This document shows positions 12,366 to 24,300 of a stretch of DNA of 64,000 nt, piece after piece (positions within the stretch are counted from its first letter, which is position 1; each line of letters opens with the position of its first letter). The stretch comes from Mobula hypostoma (taxonomy: Eukaryota), in NCBI RefSeq assembly GCF_963921235.1, contig NC_086107.1:113338001-113402000 (forward strand). Reading direction: 5' to 3'. The notes under the pieces were generated by a model, which was given only the letters and a program-made list of their open reading frames with translations, had not been told where the DNA came from and searched no databases. Made by a program: the position numbers and the translations under genes.

Positions 12366-15300
12366 CATGTGCAAAAGAATATTTCAGCATAAAGTGAGCA
12401 AACAGTTTGAGTGAGAAAGATTCCTTGGAGAGAGATGTCAAAATGGACGGTACAGAACGGCGCCCCTGGCCTACCCTCATTACAACTCTCCTCGTCACTC
12501 CCTCCATCACAGTCCTTCACGTGGTTGCAGACCTTGTGAAGCGACAGGCAGGAGCTGCTCCCCCCGGTGCACAGATGCTGCGCAGGACAAACTAGGGAAA
12601 GACAGAGAGAGAGAGAAGCTGGATGAGCCATCGAACAACGAGCGTGAGAGGGAGGGGAGTGAAAGAGAGGAAGTGAGGCGGAGGGAGTGTGAGGAGGCAA
12701 GCTTGCGAGGTGGAAGGAATGGCAGAAGAATCACATTAAGGGAAGGTTTTACAACCTCAAAAAAATCCAACAGAATTTTCAAATATTATTTTCCCTGATA
12801 AAAATCAGTCATTGTTACCATTTTCTATGTAAACACTCAATGGCCACTTTATTAGGTACACCGATACACCTGCTTATTAATGCAAATATCTAATCAGCCA
12901 ATCATGTGGCAGGAACTCAATGCATAAAAGCATGCAGACACGGTCAAGAGGTTCAGTTGCTCTTTAGAGTAAACATCAGAACGGGGAAGAAATGTGATCC
13001 AAGTGACTTTGACTGTGGAATGATTGTTGGTGATTTGAGTATCTCAGAAGTTGCTGATCGCCTGGGATTTTCATGCACAGGAATGCATGGGTTTCCTCTG
13101 GGTGCTCCGGTTTCCAACCACAGTTCAAAGTTGGTTTGCACCTATTAGTAGGTTAATCGGTGATTGTAAATTCCTGGGTTAAATCGGTGAGTTGCTGGGT
13201 GGGGGGGTCTTTGGGCTGGAAAGGTTGGCACCACACTGTATCTCTACATGTGTATACAAGCAGTTCTGTGGGTGAAAATACCTGGTTAATGAGAAATGTC
13301 AGAGGAGACTGGTTCAAGCTGACGGGAGTAGCAGACACCAACAAAATCAACAAACTCATTCATAAGGCCAGTGATGTTGTGGGGATGGAACTGGACTCTC
13401 TCACAGTGGTGTCTGAAAAGAGGATGCTGTCCAAGTTGCATGCCATCTTGGACAATGTCTCCCATCCACTACATAATGTACTGGGTGGGCACAGGAGTAC
13501 ATTCAGCCAGAGACTCATTCCACTGAGATGCAGCACAGAGCGTCATAGGAAGTCATTCCTGCCTGTGGCCATCAAACTTTACAACTCCTCCCTTGGAGGG
13601 TCAGACACCCTGAGCCAATAGGCTGGTCCTGGACTTATTTCCTGGCATAATTTACATATTATTATTTAATTATTTATGGTTTTACATTGCTATATTTATA
13701 CTCTATTCTTGGTTAGTGCAACTGTAACGAAACCCAATTTCTCTCGGGATTAATAAAGTATGACTATGACTATGAGGGCGACAGTAACTCAAATAACCAC
13801 ACGTTACAACAGTGGTGTGCAGAAGAGCATCTCTGAATGCACAACGCATCGAACCTTGAAGTGGATGGGCTACAGCAGCAGAAGACCATGAACATACACT
13901 CAGTGCCCACTTTATTGAAGGAGGTACTGAATAAAGTGTCCACTGAATGTACATCCAACATTTTCCTTGATTGATTTGAACCTGAACAGTCTATAACTGT
14001 ATTTTCTCTTCTCCCTTTCTTCCTCAGTGAGGTTTTGATTGCTATGTTCCAAGCTTACCTTTCTGAATCTACAGAATTTTTAGATTACCATCAGTACAGT
14101 CGCTGTGTCCAAGATCAGAGATTAGTTTCATTTGTCACACCTACATCGAAACATGCAATGAAATGCATCATTTGCGTCGCATCAAATCAGTGAGGGTTGT
14201 GCTGGGGGCAGCCTGCAAGTGTCGTCGCACTTCCAGCTTCAACATGGCGTGCCCACACCTCACTGACCCTAACCTGTACGTCCCTGGAATGTGGGAAAAA
14301 GGCAGAGCACCCAGAGGAAACCCACGTGGTCACAGAGAGAACGTGCACACGCCGTTCCTACTATAGGAGGAGTTTATAGAGCACGGTAATATAGTGGTTA
14401 GTGCAACAGCTCAGGCTATCGGAGTTCAGAGTTTAACTCCCGTGCCGCCTGTGTCTTCCCTGTGGATGCGTGGGTTTCCTCACAATTCAAGGAAGTACTA
14501 ATTGGTAGGTTAATTGGTCATTGTAAATTGTTGGGTTAAATCGGTGTGTTGCTGGGCAGGGCGTCTCGGTGGGCTGGCAGGGCCTGTTCCACATTGCATC
14601 TCTAAATAAAAGGTCAAGGTTGTCAAGTGTAGTGGGCATCCGCATCGGACAGTGAGGCAAACGGTCCCGGGTTTGAATCCACATCAAAGTTGCTGGTGAA
14701 TGCAGCAGGCCAGGCAGCATCTATAGGAAGAGGCGCAGTCGACGTTTCAGGCCGAGACCCTTGCTGCCTGGCCTGCTACGTTCACCAGCAACTATGATGT
14801 GTGTTGCTTGAATTTCCAGCATCTGCAGAATTCCTGTTGTTGTCCGGGTTTGAATCCGGCCGCTTTCAGGCAGGAACAGGATACTGATAGTGGATGATCA
14901 GCCATGATCACAGTGAATGGCGGTGCTGGCTCGAAGGGCCGAATGGCCTACTCCTGCACCTATTGTCTATTGTCTTTCCATCTGTGAGCATCGAGCTAGT
15001 GACTCAGCCTCGTTTTTAAAAAAATGTTAAATGCTAGAGAAATGGCAAAAAGTGCCGCACGATCACACACGTTTGATGGGGAGAGGTGGGGTCTGAAGGA
15101 GAAGGGAGACGCTCTGAACTGGGGAATACAGACTACAAGGATCACACACGAAGTGGTGGAGGAACTCAGCAGGTCAGGCAGCATCCATGGAGCTGACGTC
15201 TTGGGTCCAAGCCCTTTCCCCCGGGATCAATAAAGTATGACTATGACTATCAGGACTGGAGAAGATGCCAAAATAGAAGGTGGGGTGAGGAGAAGGAAGA

Positions 15301-18300
15301 CGTAGCAGGTGATAGGTTAAGTCAGATGGGTAGGGTAGGGGTTAATGAAGTAAGAAGCTGGAAGGTGATAGGTGGAAAAGATAAAGGGCTGAAGAAGAAG
15401 GAATCTGATAGGAGAGGAGAGTGGACCATGGGAGAAAGGGAAGGAGGGTAGAGGCAGTGAGAGAGGGAGCATTCAACATGGGAAGATGAGGTCACCACAG
15501 ACACAATCCTGTAAGTATCACTGTCTTCACCAATAGAGGGTTATTACCATTCACTCCAATAATTTTAAAACTAGAAACATGATTGATTTATTTTACTCTT
15601 TCATAAGCACATACTTAAAACCGCTGTCAATATTTATGCTGAGAACTGAATGCAAACAGGAAAGGTGCTAACTTATAAAAACAGGAGATTATACAGATGC
15701 TGGAAATCCAGAGCAGCACACTTAGAATGCTGGAGAAACCCGGCAGGTCTGGCAGCATCTGTGGAGAGGAATAAACGGTCGATATTTCGGGTTGAGACCT
15801 TTCATCAGGACTGGAAAGGAAGGTGGAAGAAGGTAGGGGGAGGGGAAAGGAATTTATTGGGGGGGCAGGTGATGGGGCAAGCGGTTGTTGACCATTGCTG
15901 ATCAGGACTGACCCAGCCGGTTCTTTGGTATCAGAATTGGATTATTATTGTCCCAGCTACCGAGATACAGGGAAAACTAAGTTTTGCAAAAGTTGCTCCA
16001 TATTCAGATCATTTCAAACCATAAGTACTTTGAGGAAGTACATTGTGTGCATACATCTATTGACGCTTCCGGACACATCTTCAGTGATGTTTCTGGAATC
16101 ATCGGGTGTTTCGGGTCTTTCAACATCATACAACCTCCTCCAGGTGACCCAGCCGGGGCTGATCAGACCCCAGCTTGTGTCCAGATGGCTAGCTACTTAT
16201 GACTCCATGGCTCCCCTCTGTTGAGCCACAGCCATCTTGAGGCCCGCTCTGCCACATCGGTGGTACTGCGGATGGCTCTCCTCTTCCTCTCTCCCTTGAT
16301 GCCCAAAATGCTGAAGGCTCTAACTAAAGAACGGGCTACAAATCCCCTACAACCAGCCTCCACTGGGAGACACCTCGCTCTCCATCCAGCCTGCTGACAG
16401 TTGCTGACCAGTCCTGTGTACTTGGAGAGCTTCCTTTCAAAGGCCTCTTCCAAGCTATCTTCCCATGGGACTGTCAGCTCCAGCAGCACCACTTGCTTAG
16501 TCGACTCAGACACTAGGACAATGTCTGGTCGCAGGATGGTGGCTGCGATATGGTTGGGGAACTTCAGCTGCCCTTCGAGGTCCACCAACAGCTGCCAGTC
16601 CCTTGCAGAGGTCAGAATGCCTGCAGATGTTCTTTTGGCAGGTATTGGCTGCTCCCCAGCTCTGACAAAGGCAATGGTCTGTTTCCTTGTTTCCCTTAAA
16701 CATTTTAACTTTCACCCTTAACCCATGACCTTTAATTCTAGTCTCACACAATCTCAGTGGAAAAAGCCTGCTTGCATTTATCCTACCTATACCACTCATA
16801 ATTTTGTATTCGTCTGTCAGATCTCCTTCTTTCTCTTGTGCTCCAGGGCATAATGTCCTAAACTATTCAGCCTTTCCCTGTAACTCAGGCTATCATATCC
16901 TAGAAACGTCCTTGTACATTTTCTCTGTGGTCATTCAAGCTTATTGACATCTTTCCTGTAGGTAGGTGACCAGAAATGCACACAATCCTCCAAATTAGGC
17001 CTCACCACTTCAACACAACATCTCAACTCCTGTTCTTAATTCTTCGAATTATGAAGTTCAATGTGCTAAGACCACATCTAACTATGATACCACTTTCAAA
17101 GAATTACGGATTTCTATCGCCAGATCCCTCTGTTCTACCACAATCCTCAGGGCTCTACTGTTCACTGTTTAAAACCTACTCTGGTTGGTTATCCCAAAGT
17201 GCAACACCTCACATTTGTCTGTATTAAATTCCATCCGCCATTTTTCCAGCTGGTCCAGTTCCCATTACAAGTTTGAAAGCCCTCCTTGCTGTTCACTACA
17301 TCCCCAATCTTGGTGTCATCCACAAATCTGCTGATCCAGTTAAGCACAATATCATCCAGATCATTGATACAAATGACAAGTAACAAAGGACCCAGCTCCG
17401 ATCCCTGTGGTACCCGACTAGTCACGGGCCTCCAGTCAGAGAGGCAACCATCTACTTCCACTCTCTGTCTTCTCTTGCAAAGCCAGTGTCTAATCCAATT
17501 TACAACTTCATCCTGAATGCCAAAAGGCTGAACCCTCTTGACCAGCCTCCCATGTGGGACCTTGTCAAAGGCCTTGCTAATGTCCATGGAGACAACATGC
17601 ACTGCCTTGCCTTCATCAACTTTCCTGATAATTTCCTCGAAAAACTATAAGATTGGTTAGATATGACCTACCACGCACGAAGCCATGCTGACTACCCTTA
17701 ATGAGTCCCTGACTATCTAAATATTTATGTATCCAGTCCCTTTGACTTGGTAGCCTGAGTTATAGAGAAAGGCTGAATAGTTTAGGATGTTAATCTTTCT
17801 TTTCAAATCTTTTTATTGTATATAGGAAAAATAACATGAGTACATCGAAGTAACAACACTTACAATGCCTCAAAAAAACCCATCATCTTAAAGATTGAAA
17901 ACAAAATTTTGTGATAACAAAAAAAACCTACTGAGCAGAAAAGTGAGAGAAAAAAAAGAACCCATTAGGTGTACAACCCCGGAGCCATGCATCATACAAA
18001 AAGCTTCTAAAAATAAACATCAAACCGCCAGAAAGAAAAGAAAATATACTAAAAAAATTTACAATTAGATCGTGGAAAAATTATATCAATTAACTCAAAT
18101 GATAATAACGAGAAAATGAGCCCCATCTTTTCTCAAAATCAAATAAAGGTTCAAAGGTTTGACTTCTAATTTTCTCCAAACTAAGACATAGCATCACTTG
18201 AGAGAACCATTGTGACAAAGTGGGAGCTGATGTATCCTTCCACTTCAACAAAATGGCCCTCTTAGCTATCAATGTAACAAATGCAATAACATGTTGGTCA

Positions 18301-21300
18301 GACACAGAAATACCATGAATATTCTGAGGAACTATTCCAAAAAGCACAGTTAATTTATTAGGTTGTAAATTAATTTTAAGTGCTTTGGAAATTGTTGAGA
18401 AAACCGACTTCCAGAACTGTTCCAATATAGAACAAGACCAAAACATATGCGTCAGTATAGCTACCTCAGTTTTACATCTATCACAATGACTATCAACATT
18501 AGGAAAGATTTTAGAAAATCTCTCCTTTGTCAAATGATAACGATGTACAATTTTAAATTGACTCAATGAATGGCTAGCACAAATTGAAGAAGAGTTAACT
18601 AACTTCAATATCCGCAAGAGAAAGAGAAAGAGTTTAGGATGTTATGCCCTGGAGCACAAGAGAAAGAGGGAGATCTGACAGAAGTATACAAAATTATGAG
18701 TGCTGTAGATAGGATAAATTCAAAATCCAGTTATTTTGTAAATAACACTATTCTTTGCATTTCTGGTCAGATGCTAACTGCATTTCATTGGCTTTGTATC
18801 TGTACTCGGCACAATGACAATAAAGTTGAATCTAATCTAATTACAGTAACTTTCACACAACTGATATGAAGCTCATGTGTCTATAGTTTCCCAGCTCATT
18901 CTTAGAGCCTCTCAAACAACGGAACAACATTAGCTATCCTCCATTCCTCCAGCACCTCACCTGTTGCTAAGGACATGTTCAACATCTCTGCTAGGGCTCC
19001 TGCAATTTCTGTTCCCCCTCCCACGGGGTCCGAGGGAACACCTGGTCAGGCCCAGGGGATTTATCCACTCTAATTTGTCTCGAGGCAGCAAACACCTCCT
19101 CCTTTGTGACCTGTATATAAACAGGAATTAATGTACTCACACTTGAGGGACAACTTACTGCCGCCAGGTAACCCACCTTTGGGATGTGGGAGCACCAAGG
19201 GGAACCTACACTGTCACAGGGACCAGCACACACAGAATGCTGGGGGAACTCTGCAGGTCAGGCAGCATCTATGGAGGGAAATGAACAGTCAGCGTTTTGT
19301 GCCGAGACCCTCCAACAGCGGTCCATTACCCTCCATAGGTACTGCCTGGCCTGCTGAGTTCTTTAGAGTGTATTGGTCAAGATTTCCAGCATCCGTAGGA
19401 TTTTTCTGTGTCTCGGTCACAGGGGGAGTGTGCAAACTCCACGCAGACAGCACCCGACATCGGGACTGAATGCTGTGCAGCTGGAGAAGATTCCAGAGAT
19501 AGGGGTGGTGGATGTAGGGTGAACGCATTGAGGAGATTTAAACAGGAGAACAGTATTTACAAAATTAGAGCAACATGTCTTTCCATGGCCTCCTCTTCTG
19601 ACACCATTAGACCACTCTCAGGGAGGAGCAATGTCTAGGTAGCCTCCAACCCAATGAATATCAATTTCTCCTTCTGGTGATCTTCTTCTTCCTTTTCCTT
19701 TTCCCTTTCCTCTTCCCCAGTCTGGCCATTACCTCTTCCTATCACCTCTCCACAGTACTCCTTCTCTTCCCTGTCTCCCATGGTCCACTCTCCTCTCCTA
19801 TCAGATTCTTCCTTCTCCAGCCCTCTACCTTATCCATCCCCTTGGCTTCACCTGTCACCTTCCAGCTAGCCTCCTTCCCCTCCCCCACCTTTTCATCCCG
19901 GCTTCTTCCCCCTTCCTTTCCAGTCTTGATGAAGGGTCTCAGCCCGAAACGTCCATCGTTTATTCATTTCCACAGCTGCTGCCTGACCTGCTGAATTCCT
20001 CCAGTGCGTTACTCTGGATTTCCAGCACCTGCAGAATCTCGTGTTTAACATTGGACCTTGTCCGACAGCTGACCTCCCCCAACTCCCTCTGGGAAAGGTG
20101 CAAGGTGTTTTGTTTTACCACAGTTGTTCTCGTCCGCATTATTGCTGCAGTCTTTCAGGCCGTCGCACTCTGGGACGCACAGACCAGACACCGTGCAAAA
20201 GACACCATCAGGACAGGCTGCAACACAGACAGAGGAACAGTCAATGCAAAGCTGTAGTTTTGCAGATCCACTGTGAATGCCCACAAGAAAATGAATCTCA
20301 GGGTTGTGTATGGTGAGATATTTGTACAAATTTACTTTGAACCCTGTGGTATAAATGGGCACTTTTCCCATGGGGCTCTATTATCTGGCCTGATGCCTGT
20401 AACTAGATGAGTCACCCATAGGTGCTATCACATCCTACCAAATCCTGCCACAGCAGGTGTGGAATTTTACGTTTAATGAAAAGTGTTTGACAAAACCTGG
20501 CAATGATGATGGAAGATGAGAAAATGTGCAGAGACCTGTGATGAGGAAACCTGGAAATGGTGTGTGGTAATGGTGTTTGAAGTCATATTTTGCTCTCTAA
20601 TATCGACTCGCCACATCTGAGCAATTGGTCATTCTAGACCAAGAATCTGATTCTGAAAGTCTCTGGGATGACTCTATAAAACCCTGGTTAGACCACGCTT
20701 GGAATATTGCGTTCAGTTCTGGTAGGAAGGATGCAGAAGCTTCAGAGAGGTTGCAGAGGAGATTCCCCAGGGGTACTGCCTGGATTAGAGGGCATTTCTT
20801 GTGAAAATGGGCTGAGCGGGATAGGGCTTTTTTCTTTGTTGTGAAGGAGGATGAGAGGAGACTTGATAGAGGTGTACAAATGGATAAGAGGCACAGAAAG
20901 AGTGGATGGCCAGAGAATATTTCTCAGGGTGGAAGTGGTCAATACGAGGGGGCATAATTTTAAGGTGATTGGAGGAAAGCACAGGAAGGACCAATAAGGT
21001 TGTTATAGCCAGGGGTTGTTATGGGGACCAGTTCCCGCTACTTATTAAATGCTTCCAATGGCGTGCACCTCAAATAGCCTCTGACAACCGAGTCCAGCTC
21101 CTGGCCTTCATGTGTGGCTTAGTTACTAAGCCTGGTGGAACTATTTCTACTGACAGGAGAAGGGCAAAGGTGGGTTAATGGTGCTTTAAAGCCAATCATT
21201 TTGGGCAGATGGGGCTTGTCAGCCATGGTTGGCAGCTCATCCAGAAGGAAAACTCTAATCTCAACCCTCCGCTGCCTTGCGGCTACACCCACTCATGGGG

Positions 21301-24300
21301 AGGGCTTTGGGAGTAAACCCCAAGGGAGAAGGCCGCAGCTGGAGTCCCTAAGACAGTCCTACATCGAGCTCAATGCTGACTGGCAACTCCTGCGACACTG
21401 CTGGTACCAAACTGTATCGGTCCCTGCCGTTCCTTTGGATTCATCGGATACACGGAGAGGGGGAGCTTGTTACATGGTCAACAGCTTGCTCTCCATGTCG
21501 TACTGCCCAGGCTTGTGTATTCAGACAGCTAGGATCAACCCTGACTGACAGAGGCCTCAACATCAACATCAAATAGGAGGGATGACAGAGTTGAGTTCTT
21601 CACACAGAGAGTGGTGGGTGCGTGGAACGCCCTGCCTGAGGTGGTGGTAGAGGCAGATACATTAGGGACATTTAAGAAACTCATAGATAGGCACATGGAT
21701 GATAGAAAAATGGAGGGATATGCGGGGGTGGGAGGGAGGTTTAGATTGATCTTGCAGTAGGTTAGAAGTTTGGCATAGCATTGTGGGCAGAGTATCTGTA
21801 CTGTAATATTCTATGTTTTTTCTTTCATCTGAGAGTCCCTTAAATGTCCCTAATGTACCTTCCTCCATCACCATCCCTGACATGCGCTCTGCACCCTCTG
21901 TGTATAATAAAAAGCTACCTCTGGCAACCCCTCTCTATACTCCTCTCCAATCACCTTAAAGTCACACCCCCTCAAATTAGTCAGGGATGCCCCACCCCAG
22001 GGGAGGAGCCTCAGGCTGCCCAGCTCTTCCCCCCAGGGGAGGAGCCTGGGGCCGCCCCGCCCCCCCAGGGGAGGAGCCTGGGGCTTCCCCACCCCCAGGG
22101 AGGAGCCTCGGGCTGCCCCGCCCCCAGGGGAGGAGCCTGGGGCTGCCCCACCCCCAGGGAGGAGCCTCAGGCTGCCCCGCCCCAGGGAAAAGGAAGCTGG
22201 AGATGGATGGAACCAGCATCTCAGCGAGGCCCGACCGCTGCACCAGGCCCCCACCCCAAACACACGTACGGTTGGATTGGTTGAAGAGGCTGTACTGGAA
22301 CTGGATGCCCGGCCCCGTCAGCGTCACCTCGGAGCTGAAGGTCACTTTTGTGGTCAGTGCCACGGCGAAGATTCTCTCCGCGTACGGTTGCAGCAGTCTC
22401 TGTCCGCACAGCCTGGGGGGAAGAGGACGTGGCGTTAGACATGCTTCAGGTGACGGGGTAGGTGGGTGAGGGAAGTGGGAATGATGTGAGAGGTAGGGAG
22501 GTGATTCTACAACCTACAGTCTCCCTTTCAAGGACTCTTTGAAGATTATTTTGCAAAATGCCTCTGTTTTCTGTCAAAATCTGAATGAGCATCAGAATCA
22601 GGTTTTTGGTATTTATTGCATATGCCTGCAAAATCTTCCCGCTGCCGCCTGTAACGATTCTGTATGTTCTCCCCGTGACTGCGTGGGTTTCCTCCTGGAG
22701 CTCCGGTTTCCTCCCACAGTCCAAACCGGTTGGTAGGTTGATTGGTCATTGTAAATTTGCCTGTGATTAGGCTGAGGTTATATCGGGAATTGCTGGGCTC
22801 GTGGCTCAAAGGGCCAGAAGGCCTATTCCACACGGTGTCACAATCAATCAATAAATAAATAAACAATTGTGGACATACGGTAGTCCGTGAATTTTGTTCT
22901 GTGGCAGCAGTACGGTACAATACATGAAATTGACTAAATTACAAAATACATATTTCAAAAATGAAATAATTAGTGCTAAAATAGTCACTGACCAACACAG
23001 TCCAACAAAATGCTGGAGGAACTCAGCAGGCCAGGCAGCATCTATGGTAATGAGTAAACAGTCGACGTTTCGAGCCGAGACCCTTCATCGGGTTGAGCCC
23101 TTTTGTCTGAGAAGGAAGGGGGGAAAAATACCAGAAGAAAAAGGTGGGGGCGGGAGAAGGAGGCTGGCTGGCAGGTGGTGGGTGAAGCCTGGTGGGTGGG
23201 AAAGGTCAAGGGCTGGAGAGGAAGGAATCTGATAGGAGAGGAGAGTGGACAATATGAGAGACGGAAGGAGTAGGGGCACAAGCTGAGAGGGCAGCCCAAA
23301 AGAGTCGACAAAACAGCACGCCCACAACTTACCTGTATGTGCTCGGAATGCAGGAGGAAAGCGCAGCACCCGAGGGAATCCCACATAGATACGGGAGGAC
23401 ATACAAACTCCTTACAGTCAGTGACACCAGACTGGTGATCGCTGGCACCGTAAAGCGTTGTGTTAACCACCGCGCCCTGTTCTCAGCGTTACATCTCTCT
23501 TATTTGGACAATTTATCTTCTGTTGCACATAGTTTTTTTTAATGTATAGTTTTTTGTGTGATTTCTATTGTATTTCTTTACTTTCCTGTGAATGCTCGCC
23601 AAGAAAATGAACCTCAAAGTAGTGTGTGGTAACATGCATGTACTTTCATAATAAATTTACTTTTGAATTTGAACTTCGATAAGTGAAAGAGATAAGTTGT
23701 TGACGAATAAGGAATCTGATAGCAGAGGTCTGTTGGTCGAGGTTGACCATGGATGTTACATCCCAGCTGTCTACGTGATACACAAGCCAGGACAGTACAA
23801 TATGGAGAGCAAGCTGTTGCCCAGACAGCAGGCTCCGGCTCTCCATGTAGCCGATAAATCCAACGGAACTGCAGAAACCAATACAGTTTGGCATCAATGT
23901 CATTGCAGAACTCAATGCAGGACTGCCTTAGGGACTCTAGCCCTGGGTTTACTCCTGAAGCCTTCCCCATGAGTGGGTATGGCTGCAAGGCAGCAGAGGT
24001 TTGAGATCAGAGTTTTCTTGTCCTAGACGAGCTGCCAACTAGGGCTGACGAGCCCAATCTGCTCAAAGTGACAGTTTTAAGGCACCAGTAACCTGCCTTT
24101 GCCCCTTCTCCTCTCAGTGGAAATGGCTCCGCTGGGCTTAGTAGCTAAACCACATGTGAAGGTCAGGAGCTGGACTTGGTTGTCAGAAGCTATTTGAGAC
24201 ACACACCACTGGGAGCATTTAAAAAAAAAATTATTGAGATACAGTGTGGAATAGGCTCTTCGAGCTGTGCTAGCAACCCCCGATTTAACCCTGGCCTAAT

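Noticed and set aside
11491..12510. His/Thr- and Cys/Val-rich ORFs
   Set aside because: Translations of CA/TG/TA microsatellites.
21844..22469. Pro/Gly-rich overlapping ORFs and a possible CRISPR-like array
   Set aside because: These are translations of a 30-bp minisatellite with no unique spacers, in a vertebrate context.
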